This document shows positions 10,487-19,866 of a DNA stretch of 64,000 nt, piece after piece. The translations under genes were made by a program, and so were the position numbers. Position 1 is the first letter of the stretch. Every line of letters begins with the position of its first letter. The notes under the pieces are model-generated. The model made no database searches, was not told where the DNA came from, and saw only the letters and a program-made list of their open reading frames with translations. The stretch comes from an uncultured archaeon (lineage in GTDB: Archaea > Thermoplasmatota > Penumbrarchaeia > JASLWR01). The stretch lies in assembly GCA_964342815.1 (NCBI GenBank), contig CAYFHS010000001.1:211849-275848 (forward strand), written 5' to 3'.

Positions 10487-10709
10487 GACAAATGTTCAGA
10501 AAGTATATAATAGTATATGGAGGGGAGGGGGGTGAGTGAAAGTAAAATTATTTCGGTACTGGTCATTGATAAAAACGAGTGAAAGTAAAATGGGATTTCT
10601 TGGGGTCCGATAATGAGGTTGTTGGGGACATTTGTTGGGTGCTTTTAGGGACATTTATCAAGTGGTATAGTGAACATTTGTCAGCGTTAGTAGTCAACAT
10701 TTATCGCAT
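10487..10709. repeat. Iteron-like repeat region: four 23-bp-phased ACATTT units, a 15-bp direct repeat and a 12-bp inverted repeat
   Basis: ACATTT at 10628, 10651, 10674 and 10697 (23 bp period). GAGTGAAAGTAAAAT at 10534-10548 and 10577-10591. GACAAATGTTCA (10487-10498) is the exact reverse complement of TGAACATTTGTC (10671-10682). G-rich run at 10519-10534. Confidence 0.7.
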
Positions 10710-10805
10710 GGATTTGTCGAAACGCAGCTCACTGCGAAAAGTTGAATAGCCATCGGGTCATTAAGGAACCTCTCCTATCTCTCAGTGCGGATCGAGGTTA
10801 CAGTA

Positions 10806-11462
10806 ATGTCATTCCCATTGAAAGCAAAGGCAGGTAAGATTTTAGACATACTTCAAGAACTCTACCCTGACGTCAAGGTGGGATTTCATTATACCAATCC
10901 TTTCAAGATTCTCATTGTCACTATGCTTTCGGCCCAGTCCACGGACCGGCAGACCGGGCCGGCGGCTGAACTTCTGTTCCAGGCTTATGACACTCCGGCG
11001 AAACTCTCTGGGGCACCTATAAGTGAAATAGAGACGAGAATAAAATCCGTTGGGATATACAAGAACAAGGCAAAGCACATCCGGAAAACTTCGGAAATTC
11101 TGCTTGGACGATTCTCAGGCAAGGTTCCGGATACTATGGACGGACTTCTAACGTTACCCGGAGTGGGCCGAAAGACCGCTAATATAGTCCTGTCCAAGGC
11201 CTTTGGATTGAACGTGGGGATCGCGGTTGATACGCACGTTTATCGTCTGGCCCACAGGCTGGGACTTGCCAGCGAAAAAGTGCGGGACCGCGTCGAGGAA
11301 GAACTGGTTTCTCTGTATCCACCGTCCCGGTATATGGATATCAACAGCCTTTTGATACACCATGGAAGGGTCGTTTGCAAGGCGAGGAAACCGTTGTGCG
11401 CGGAATGCGCGATTTCCGGTCTTTGCGAGTATTTTGCGGAAACGGATTCGTCGAAGAATTGA
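10806..11462 (+). CDS. nth: Endonuclease III (DNA glycosylase/AP lyase)
   Basis: LSAQSTD, HhH motif LPGVGRKTANIVL, IAVDTHVYR and the FeS motif CKARKPLCAECAISGLC. ATG 10806 is preferred over GTG 10785. Confidence 0.95.
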   Translation: MSFPLKAKAGKILDILQELYPDVKVGFHYTNPFKILIVTMLSAQSTDRQTGPAAELLFQAYDTPAKLSGAPISEIETRIKSVGIYKNKAKHIRKTSEILLGRFSGKVPDTMDGLLTLPGVGRKTANIVLSKAFGLNVGIAVDTHVYRLAHRLGLASEKVRDRVEEELVSLYPPSRYMDINSLLIHHGRVVCKARKPLCAECAISGLCEYFAETDSSKN

Positions 11463-11562
11463 GATGCAGACGTTTCTATCTGAACCTTTTAGGTGTGCTT
11501 CTTGGGCTAAAAGGATTGACGATGTGGAGCAGAAAATTTCTATTTCCGATTGAGAATACTCA

Positions 11563-12270
11563 TTATTCTGATTTCCGTTTTCTTCGTTTTCGCTTTTTTA
11601 CAAGGTGAATTATGATAGTAATTCCCAAGATTGCAAGAATCGATGCGACCCCTGCGAATATGAGAATCCCATAGCTGTAATTTTCGTGCCAACTGTAGAT
11701 ATTCGTCTCATTTTCTAGAGGCCCTATCTCGTTCATTTTCCAGAAATAAGTGGTAATTTGAATGGTATCGCTCTGTTGTTCAATACTCTCAACCTGGCCC
11801 GGACCAAAACTATACGATCCATGTAGGGTCCAGATTATTTTAGTTCGATTTGAAGCGTAATCCTGATATCCTATGGTTAAGTTAAAAATATCCTGATGAT
11901 TTCCATAACCTGAAAATACAAAGGTGGAATCTGAAACGGAAGCAAAAACATGGTCTTTATTGGAATTCGCCTGAAAGTACAAATCAACTCTGCATTCGGA
12001 GTATGGGCCGGTAATATTACAAAATATGATCCCCTCACCATATATTAAATCGTTTTCTAGCGACCACGTGAATTCATTTGGCATATCTACGCTCAGTTCC
12101 ACGGTTGCACGTTGATCTCTGTTACCAGAATTCGACGGGGTTTGAAATAATCCGCCGGGTGAGATATCAGCCTTGAACTTATGGCGGACCGGTGGTTCGT
12201 AATGACTGGCTGCTATCAGACCGAAGATTAGCATTACTATAAGGTATATCAGAACAGTTTTGGCAGACAT
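11563..12270 (-). CDS. Small type-I membrane/surface protein with a beta-sandwich ectodomain
   Basis: N-terminal signal, one beta-rich domain resembling the N-terminal domain of the 2924-4783 protein, C-terminal TM followed by KKRKRRKRK. Confidence 0.7.
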   Translation of the reverse strand: MSAKTVLIYLIVMLIFGLIAASHYEPPVRHKFKADISPGGLFQTPSNSGNRDQRATVELSVDMPNEFTWSLENDLIYGEGIIFCNITGPYSECRVDLYFQANSNKDHVFASVSDSTFVFSGYGNHQDIFNLTIGYQDYASNRTKIIWTLHGSYSFGPGQVESIEQQSDTIQITTYFWKMNEIGPLENETNIYSWHENYSYGILIFAGVASILAILGITIIIHLVKKRKRRKRKSE

Positions 12271-12424
12271 AATTGGATTCCTCTTTTATATTGAAACTTA
12301 GTAATAGATGAGTTTGAATTGATATAAAATTTTCTTTTCCTTCGCAAACTGTATTTACGAATAAGCATGAGTCCCTGAAAATTCCAGAGGAGTAACAGTC
12401 GAGGCTAAATTTAAAAAGTAATTA

Positions 12425-12526
12425 GGCCCGGTATCTACCGGGCCAGAGGGCTTTTGCCCTTTTTTTTTTTATTTTTATGTTATTATTTTTATATCGGGCC
12501 GACGTTCGCCTAAGGGCCGTCGGCCC
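12425..12526 (+). terminator. Three GC-rich hairpins with a U-tract (intrinsic-terminator-like, or structured RNA)
   Basis: GGCCCGGT-ATCT-ACCGGGCC (12425-12444); AGGGC-TTTT-GCCCT (12447-12460) followed by a T-run to 12470; GGGCCGACG-n13-CGTCGGCCC (12496-12526). Confidence 0.55.
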
Positions 12527-12624
12527 TCTATAGCAAGAATTGTTCATCGATTTTACCTCGATCATTTTTCTGCAAACCAGGCCCCGCTCATGGATAAGGA
12601 TTGAATTAATCGTGAGATATCACT

Positions 12625-14661
12625 ATGAACGATACCGAAAACGACGCTGAACCTGTTAACGATGATGATGACGACGTGACTGCGCCGGTACGTAAAGATT
12701 ATATCTCGTCCGTGGTCATGGCGTTGATATTTACCATAGCAATCATCCTGGGATTGGCTCTTTCTCCCGTATATACTTCACAAGGAATGAAAGCCTTTAA
12801 AAACGAGGATGCGGTTGTCAATCCTCTTCTCTACATTATTTTTATTATAGTTTTTACGATAATAGTCCTCTTTGTAGTAAAAAGGGGCAAGCGGAGCTGG
12901 ATCAAGTATTTTTTCCTGGGAGCTATCTTTTTTACCATCATAAACGTGGTTTCACCGGTGCTGGACGGAGCGGTTTATGGGATCGGTGAGAAATGGGATA
13001 AGAGGAGCTATGGAGATGAAGTGGAGGCTTGGGATATATCTATTCTAAACGGGAACGAATACGAATTTTCCGTTTTCACAAACGGACGCTTTGCAGTTTA
13101 CGTTGATGGTGGGGAATTATTTTCCCGTAATGTGGGAATCCCACCAAATGGTCGTGCGGAAATAGATGTTTTTCCGTTATCACCCTCCGGTGGAGATGAC
13201 GCCGCGGCGGTAGCCGTCAAGGGTAGTTCCATCCAATTGTTCACACTTGAAAAACAGAATAAAATAATTCATCGTTATTCCGTTGCCGGGAATGTTTCTT
13301 CCTATCTTTTCGATTCCCATGGTAGCGACAATAAGACGTTCACCTCTTGCGTTATAGAAAATTCCAAGAATAATCTTGTTCTCAACCTGAGCAGCATTGA
13401 CCTGGGTATGAACTCCACCGGGAAAATTACCGTATCCTCCCCCCTTGTGACGGAATATTTGCTGGATTACGTTACGTGCTCGGATGGGAAACAAACCCGG
13501 ATAGGTTCTGTAAACGTCACAACAACATTATTGATTCCCGGAAAGGACAGCGAATTGAAGATCAGTCTATCCAATAATGACTTTACTTATATATTGGATT
13601 TTTCGGACCCGGGCAACTGTTCAAAGGTGGAATTCCCCACGCCTCTTGGCTCAACGTTCATATCAGGAGTTGGCGGGCATAATGAGCTGGTTCTATACAA
13701 TAGTGAAAAGTTCGAGGTTTTTTCTCTGAACGATGACGGTGCGCTATCCTCAGCAAAAAAAGTGATTGATGAAAAGATAGACGATCTTGAAGTGGCAAAG
13801 GGGATAAAGGGAGACGACACCGAAGCGGTTTATGTTCTAAGCCATGGCCGGGTACATCTTTTTGGCCCAAGGGATTGGAAAGAGGGGTATGGATATACCG
13901 AGGAGCGGCAGGAAGGTGCAAGCAGGCTATCTGTGGGTGACGCGGACGGTGACCGCCAAATGGAGATAGCTCTTGTCACCGGTTTCAGCGTGAGGAAATA
14001 CGAAATATCCCCGGTGGAAAGACACATCTGGGTATGGGCCATCGGTACCGTGGTCGCACTTGCCCTGGTGGGGGCAATCCGCTTCTACCCGGAATGGTTC
14101 GTGGTGGACAGCGTGGGAATTCTCGTTGCTGTGGGCGCAATGGCGCTGATAGGAATATCACTTGCCATTCTACCTTCCCTGGTCCTCCTGGCAGTGTTGG
14201 CCGTTTACGACGCCATATCCGTATACAAGACAAAACACATGATCGATCTTGCTGACGGCGTTATGGAAATGAGACTCCCGGTGCTTCTCGTGATACCAAA
14301 GGACGGCAAATATTCCTTCAGAAAACAGAAAAGATTAACCGAACAGCTGGATACAGGCGAGCCGCGTGGCGCCATGTTCATGGGCCTAGGAGATATTATC
14401 ATACCTGGTATCCTGGTGATATCCGCTTTTACATACCTTCCCGACGGTGTTCTATTTGGGGTGGGCAAAGCACTTATCGTCGCGCTGGGTGCTCTCGTGG
14501 GCGGTCTGGTGGGCTTTGTCGCATTGATGAGATTTGTGTTGAAGGGAAATCCCCAGGCCGGGCTGCCTCTCCTGAACAGTGGTACGATACTTGGGTTTCT
14601 GATCACTTATTTGATCGTTTATGGTGATTTCGGTTTTGGCCTGACTTTCAGCCTTTTTTGA
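12625..14661 (+). CDS. Presenilin/signal-peptide-peptidase family (A22, GxGD) intramembrane aspartyl protease with a large inserted ectodomain
   Basis: Catalytic YD (14206-14211) and GLGD (14383-14394), YPEWFVVD, KTKHMIDLA and the PAL-equivalent PQAGLPLLN. A ~345 aa soluble insert lies between TM3 and TM4. Confidence 0.92.
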   Translation: MNDTENDAEPVNDDDDDVTAPVRKDYISSVVMALIFTIAIILGLALSPVYTSQGMKAFKNEDAVVNPLLYIIFIIVFTIIVLFVVKRGKRSWIKYFFLGAIFFTIINVVSPVLDGAVYGIGEKWDKRSYGDEVEAWDISILNGNEYEFSVFTNGRFAVYVDGGELFSRNVGIPPNGRAEIDVFPLSPSGGDDAAAVAVKGSSIQLFTLEKQNKIIHRYSVAGNVSSYLFDSHGSDNKTFTSCVIENSKNNLVLNLSSIDLGMNSTGKITVSSPLVTEYLLDYVTCSDGKQTRIGSVNVTTTLLIPGKDSELKISLSNNDFTYILDFSDPGNCSKVEFPTPLGSTFISGVGGHNELVLYNSEKFEVFSLNDDGALSSAKKVIDEKIDDLEVAKGIKGDDTEAVYVLSHGRVHLFGPRDWKEGYGYTEERQEGASRLSVGDADGDRQMEIALVTGFSVRKYEISPVERHIWVWAIGTVVALALVGAIRFYPEWFVVDSVGILVAVGAMALIGISLAILPSLVLLAVLAVYDAISVYKTKHMIDLADGVMEMRLPVLLVIPKDGKYSFRKQKRLTEQLDTGEPRGAMFMGLGDIIIPGILVISAFTYLPDGVLFGVGKALIVALGALVGGLVGFVALMRFVLKGNPQAGLPLLNSGTILGFLITYLIVYGDFGFGLTFSLF

Positions 14662-14754
14662 TAAATAAAAGGAAACTCCTGGGTTTTCCTTCAAAGGTAA
14701 AGACAAATAATTATATGGAAACAGTAAAAAAGGGTAAGCAGTTTATTTAGGTAT

Positions 14755-15093
14755 ATGCCATCTCTGGTAAATGCATCCTCGGGCCAAATTCTAGGACTGG
14801 AACCCACAATCTTCTGGGCAGCACTCTTATTTATACTGGTGTTGGTTGCGGCATCCGTCATTATCGTCTACAAGTATCTTTTACGGAAAAAAAGGCGTTT
14901 GCTGGAAGATCCGGATGAAGACCCATTTGAAAGGGAAATCGGGCCTTACGGGATATATGACGACAAAGCTCTGATCTCGAGAAAAGTGGACCGCACCACA
15001 AAAAAGATGCAGAGACTGCTGAGTTCCGGGGCCACGAAAGATGCAAGGTTCCTGAAAATGAACGCCCAGAAGAGGAAATTGCGACGAAAATGA
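14755..15093 (+). CDS. Small single-TM hypothetical protein
   Basis: One hydrophobic helix (IFWAALLFILVLVAASVIIVY) followed by a charged/basic tail; GGTAT upstream of the ATG. Confidence 0.55.
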   Translation: MPSLVNASSGQILGLEPTIFWAALLFILVLVAASVIIVYKYLLRKKRRLLEDPDEDPFEREIGPYGIYDDKALISRKVDRTTKKMQRLLSSGATKDARFLKMNAQKRKLRRK

Positions 15094-15168
15094 ACATTTT
15101 CTTCATACGGCATCACACAATACAACTGACATGACTGCATAAATATCTATCATCAACGAGGAATACAA

Positions 15169-16050
15169 ATGGCGCTGATCCCCCTTTTCTTTCCGGACTG
15201 CGTGGTTGCCATTGGAGTGGGCGACGATGCGAGCAAGCGAGAATGGAAAGCCTCCGGTTTCCTATACGGTCATCTGTCCGAGGTAAACGGCTCCGGAGAA
15301 AAAAAATACCGGATCTATCTCATCACGAACCGATATGTTATCGATGATATTAGAGAATCTCATATATATCTCAGGTTCAACCCTCAGGAAATAGACGAAC
15401 CGGTGCACGACTACAATCTTCCGTTCTATGACAAGGAGGGAAAGAGTGTCTGGGTCGCACATCCGGATTCCGATATCGACGTTGCCGTTACCAATATCAA
15501 CTACATGATGCTCCGCGAGCATGCAATGCAGGTGAATTTCTTCAGAAGCGATGTGCATGCGGCGGGTATAGAAAAGCTCGTCAAACTTGGGACAATGGAG
15601 GGTGACTTCTGTTACGTGCTCGGTTTCCCAATGGGGCTCGTGAGCAATCGAAGGAACACTGTAATAGTCCGCAACGGGACCATAGCCCGCATCCGGGGTA
15701 CCTTACTTAAGAGAACCCCTAATCCTGAATATCTCATCGACTCTTTCGTATTTCCTGGAAACAGCGGCGGGCCTCTGGTATCCAAACCGGAATCCATTGC
15801 TATCAAGGGAACAAAATCGCAGAGCTCGGCTTATCTGATTGGAATAATAACATCCTCCGTCAGGTACCGGGATGCCGCTGTGAGTACCCAAACCAAGAGG
15901 GTTCGGATCATTTTCGAGGAGAATTCAGGACTTGCCGGGGTGCACCCTGTGGATTACATTGACGAGGCTATCGAAGAACACATTAGACGTTTCGGAGACC
16001 GTGGGCGTAAAACAGAGGTCTACCATGACCGACATGCTAAGGTAAGTTAA
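15169..16050 (+). CDS. Trypsin-like (S1) serine protease homolog; catalytic His appears replaced by Tyr
   Basis: SGF...ITNRYV (normally TNxHV), DIDVAV and PGNSGGP motifs; no signal peptide. Confidence 0.8.
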   Translation: MALIPLFFPDCVVAIGVGDDASKREWKASGFLYGHLSEVNGSGEKKYRIYLITNRYVIDDIRESHIYLRFNPQEIDEPVHDYNLPFYDKEGKSVWVAHPDSDIDVAVTNINYMMLREHAMQVNFFRSDVHAAGIEKLVKLGTMEGDFCYVLGFPMGLVSNRRNTVIVRNGTIARIRGTLLKRTPNPEYLIDSFVFPGNSGGPLVSKPESIAIKGTKSQSSAYLIGIITSSVRYRDAAVSTQTKRVRIIFEENSGLAGVHPVDYIDEAIEEHIRRFGDRGRKTEVYHDRHAKVS

Positions 16051-16604
16051 TCCTTTTCCCGCCGATTTACCCTATCTCCGGACCGAGTTGGCAGATCTTC
16101 AAGCTGCATCAACGCCCCGTCTATCACTCTTAGCTGAAGGGTATGATCCCTTTTTAGGTCCGAGTATATCTTTCCTGTTAAAAGTCCGTCCTTTCGCTGT
16201 TCCTCTATTTCCTCCAGGAACCTGATGTTCTCCTCACGCTTCTCCCTCATCCGCTCCACAGCCATTTTGCGTTTTTTCTCCACCATCTCCGGCGGCATCC
16301 ATGAATTGTAAACCGGACCTTGTATGGGTGCTGACGGGTTAATCTTTCTAATTCTTAACCTGTTGAAAAAGAATGCAAGCGCAAGAAAGATCAGCGAAAC
16401 GGTCATCGCTGGAATGAGACAGAAGAAAACCGGCATCTGCTTCGATATCACTCGTTCGTAGTATTTATACCCTAAAAGCCCGATCAGTATGAAAAGAATC
16501 GAAAGGAAAAGTAGAATGATCATTATTAATGCCGAGGGTTTCCGAATCTGCCCCATTGGGCCTATTTGAATTTCCTGGGAAAGTGGTATTTTTCTCGCGG
16601 ACAA
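16047..16604 (-). CDS. Two-TM membrane protein with a SHOCT-like C-terminal helix
   Basis: Two hydrophobic helices, then FLEEIEEQRKDGLLTGKIYSDLKRDH. TTG start; follows the upstream gene closely. Confidence 0.6.
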   Translation of the reverse strand: MSARKIPLSQEIQIGPMGQIRKPSALIMIILLFLSILFILIGLLGYKYYERVISKQMPVFFCLIPAMTVSLIFLALAFFFNRLRIRKINPSAPIQGPVYNSWMPPEMVEKKRKMAVERMREKREENIRFLEEIEEQRKDGLLTGKIYSDLKRDHTLQLRVIDGALMQLEDLPTRSGDRVNRREKD

Positions 16605-16626
16605 AACGGCCAGCCCCCGTGATGAA

Positions 16627-19600
16627 TCAGATACTTACGAGTTTTTCCATCAGGTTTGAGGCGCTTTCCTTTGCCAGTTCTATGGCTTTTTGATATTCCC
16701 CGTCCTTGATGGTATTTCTCGCCTCCTCAAGCATGCCTTCCGCCTCGCTTGAATCGGTGCCTATTGCCTTTGCATCGGATAACTTGGCCCAGGTAAGTCT
16801 CAGAAGACGGATGGCTTCATTGTGGAGTTTTGTCAGGTTCTCTATGGTATCGAGAACACCGTCCGCCTCTTTCTGGGCCAATTCGTAATCCCCCTCGTCC
16901 ATGAGGCGTCCCACTTTTTTGAAAGATGCCAGCACATGGGTGACGTTAGTCCCCCTCTGCCTAGCTTCGGTCATTCTGTTCTGGGCGATCCCTATAAGCT
17001 CCATCAGGTAATCGTATTTCTGCTCAACGTGTTCTGACTCCCGGACGGCACCATTGGCCAGCTCAATAGCTCTATCGAAATCGTTTTCATCCATACAGGG
17101 GATTATATCGTTGAATATCTTTTCGGCTCTTTTGAGAACCGCCCCCCTGCCTTTAAGAGAGAAAATCATTTCCTGAGCTTTTTGCACGTGTTCGATCATC
17201 CTCTTGTAACCGGAGCTTATCCCATCGGCGGATTCCTGAGCCAGTTTTATGTTTCTATTCACATCATCCAATCGGTTTTCGTCGAGGGCGGTCTTGATAA
17301 GTTTGAAAAATTCCAAGGGCTCTTCAACACTGGCCCCTAGATTTCTAGCCATATTGATTTTGGATTGGGTTACCTGTATAGCTCCCAGCATTTTCTGGAA
17401 ATTTCTCTTTAAATTTTTAGTTTCCTCAAGACAGATATTAGCCAGTTCCAGCCCTTCGCCGTACCGCCCCTCGTTCACAGCTGCAATTGCATTTTCATTG
17501 TTTTCTTCGAGCTTTTTTGTGTCGCCCCCGATGGCCCTGACATTCTCCATCAGCTCTCCGGCTTCCTTCAGAAGTGTGGTGGCGGAAACGTAATCCTCGA
17601 GACTCTTCTCGGATAAGGTAACGCATTTTTTACCCAGGCCCTCGGCCTGGTCCATTTCCCTCCGCTCGAAGCTGCCTGTCAATTCGTCGAAAAGTGCATC
17701 CACCTCGTCGGTATTGCATCCGTAGTCCGCCATTTTCGAAATATAATATTGGGCCCTTTGTATAAGAGTGATCACCGCAGGATATTCTTCGCGAAGGTCG
17801 TCGATTTCCGCGGAAATTCCTTCCAATTTCTCCTTTGCTTCATTCTCTCCCTCTTCGTCGGGTATGCCAATGTCTTCAAGAACGGCCTCATACCGGGAGA
17901 CATCCATGCCCACGTCCTTTAACTCCTCGATACTCTCCCGAATTCGGTCTAAAAATGCCGTAAAGGCACCTTTCCGAACGATTTCCTCACACATTTCTCT
18001 GGTCTTGCCAATTATACTCTGAACCGCCTCGTAATTATTGGCCTCCAGTTCATTTCTCGCCATAAGCATGGTCTCGTGAGCTTCACTCATATCGTACCCA
18101 TCATCCGCCATCTTTCTCATTTCGTCTCTTGCTTCCATGATGGCTTGAACACAGTGTTTATGCTGTATCGCGTCGTTAATGTCGGTTTCGGTTTTGTTTA
18201 AAATATCTACAGAACTTGAGTACTCACCCTTTTCAGCTAGAGCCTGGCTCTTGATGATATCTTCTCGGTATCCCTCGATATCAATTTCATCGTCCTGCGC
18301 ATCCACCATCAGTCCCTTCAATCTTGCCATTACCGAGATGTAATAGAACGGATAAATCCTTTCCTTGATCTCTATCGATTTTTCCAAGGCCAGTGTGAAA
18401 TCCCCCTGATCCAGTGCCTTAAGCCCTTCCGCCAGGACCTCATCTGCATCCCCTATGTCCTCCCCACCGGCTTTTGCCTGGGCGAGAATTTCTTCGCTTT
18501 CCTTGATTTCTCTCCGCGCCTCGTTCCCCCTGTACTCGATTAATTTCTTGTCGGCCTCTTCCCGAATGATCTCGATCTCTGTGATTAGTTCATTGTATTT
18601 TCTTTCCCGGAGAAGTTCCTGGGTTTCCCGGAATCTGTCTTCGAGTAGAGATATGTCAATCCCCTTGTTCTTCAGGTCAGAAAGTTCCTTCCGCGTATTA
18701 AGTAGTGCAATAAGAGATTTATCATATTCCTTCCATATTTCGCCCGATTCTTTTATCTTCTCGATAATCCGTTCAATATCCTCATGATCATCGTTCTCGA
18801 ATTTCGACGCCAGCATATCGTAGAGTTCCCATGTCTCCCCGATATCTATGCCGCTGTTCTCCAGTACCGCGAGGTAATTTTGAAGATCTATTATCTTTTC
18901 CCGGACCTCTTCCTTTCGTTCGTTGAATGCCGTCAACTTCCCCTCTATCTCATCCACGATCTTCGGAACCATATCCACCACTTGTGAATACTCCTTCTGC
19001 TGATAGAGATTTTTTGCCTCGGTGTAGATTTTTTTCTCTTCGCCCATGGCCAGCTGAGATCTACTTTCCTTGAGTATCGCTTTCACCCATATTAAAGTAG
19101 CAAAGGCCGCAGCCCTTTCCTCCTCCTGCTTCAATTTATTTTGTGCAATTATTTCTTCCTCTTTCACCTTGGTCTTTTCGTCGGACTCGCTCTCTTCCGT
19201 CTCGGCATCGCTTGCCGATACCTCGTCTTCAGCTATGATCTCCAGACTGATGACAGGCTCTGTTTCCTCTTCTGTTTCTTCCCCAGCATCTCCCTCGCTT
19301 TCAGCGTCAGCGGCTTCTGCGCCCCCTTCAATTTCAGCCAGCGCTCCTTTCTCCTCGGTTTCCTCTTCCTCGATCAGTTCCACCCGTTCGCTTTCCTCAG
19401 CCTCTTCTTCTGACTGTTCCTTTTCATCATCCTTATCTTTCTCTTCCTCCACTTCCTTTTCTTCGTCATCCGTTATCTCGCTGCTTTCTTCTTTTTGCTC
19501 GCTTTTTTCAGGTTCAGCCGCTTCGGTCTCGATTGCTTTCTCTTCCTCTGTATCTTTCTTTTTTTCATCTGCCTCTTTGCTTTGATCCTTGTCGGTCTCT

Positions 19601-19845
19601 TTCCACGCTTTTATACTTTCCACCAGTTTCTTCTTTGATCTGGCTGCAAGCATCTTGGCACGTTTTATATCATTGGATTCAAGTGCCTCCCTTGCCTGAG
19701 AAAGCAGTTCGCTTGATTCACCAACATCAATTCCCTTCTTCTCTGCCGACCGTAGTTTCTTTTCCATTAGATTAAGAATGTTTTCCAGCTTATTCTTCAT
19801 CTTCTCGATCTTCTTGCCTTTTGATGTCGAGGGCTCTTTAGCCAT
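16627..19845 (-). CDS. Large acidic alpha-helical repeat protein (~13 repeats of ~60 aa) with a Glu-rich low-complexity insert
   Basis: Recurrent G-x-D/N-x-x-x-x-E-x-L-x-x-A-x-x-x-L-x-x-x-D/E-Y/F units, e.g. GIDVGESSELLSQAREALESNDI and GTDSSEAEGMLEEARNTIKDGEY. ATG 19845 has a GGGGAG RBS; the alternative start is 19872. Confidence 0.85.
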   Translation of the reverse strand: MAKEPSTSKGKKIEKMKNKLENILNLMEKKLRSAEKKGIDVGESSELLSQAREALESNDIKRAKMLAARSKKKLVESIKAWKETDKDQSKEADEKKKDTEEEKAIETEAAEPEKSEQKEESSEITDDEEKEVEEEKDKDDEKEQSEEEAEESERVELIEEEETEEKGALAEIEGGAEAADAESEGDAGEETEEETEPVISLEIIAEDEVSASDAETEESESDEKTKVKEEEIIAQNKLKQEEERAAAFATLIWVKAILKESRSQLAMGEEKKIYTEAKNLYQQKEYSQVVDMVPKIVDEIEGKLTAFNERKEEVREKIIDLQNYLAVLENSGIDIGETWELYDMLASKFENDDHEDIERIIEKIKESGEIWKEYDKSLIALLNTRKELSDLKNKGIDISLLEDRFRETQELLRERKYNELITEIEIIREEADKKLIEYRGNEARREIKESEEILAQAKAGGEDIGDADEVLAEGLKALDQGDFTLALEKSIEIKERIYPFYYISVMARLKGLMVDAQDDEIDIEGYREDIIKSQALAEKGEYSSSVDILNKTETDINDAIQHKHCVQAIMEARDEMRKMADDGYDMSEAHETMLMARNELEANNYEAVQSIIGKTREMCEEIVRKGAFTAFLDRIRESIEELKDVGMDVSRYEAVLEDIGIPDEEGENEAKEKLEGISAEIDDLREEYPAVITLIQRAQYYISKMADYGCNTDEVDALFDELTGSFERREMDQAEGLGKKCVTLSEKSLEDYVSATTLLKEAGELMENVRAIGGDTKKLEENNENAIAAVNEGRYGEGLELANICLEETKNLKRNFQKMLGAIQVTQSKINMARNLGASVEEPLEFFKLIKTALDENRLDDVNRNIKLAQESADGISSGYKRMIEHVQKAQEMIFSLKGRGAVLKRAEKIFNDIIPCMDENDFDRAIELANGAVRESEHVEQKYDYLMELIGIAQNRMTEARQRGTNVTHVLASFKKVGRLMDEGDYELAQKEADGVLDTIENLTKLHNEAIRLLRLTWAKLSDAKAIGTDSSEAEGMLEEARNTIKDGEYQKAIELAKESASNLMEKLVSI

Positions 19846-19866
19846 GATATTCTCCCCAAAATTATT

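Noticed and set aside
10534-10709. CRISPR array or canonical Cdc6-type oriC
   Set aside because: Only a 6-bp core is conserved, with no repeat-spacer structure and no cas genes. There is no convincing ORB consensus (TCCAxTGGAAA...GGGG) and no orc1/cdc6 nearby. Kept only as iteron-like.
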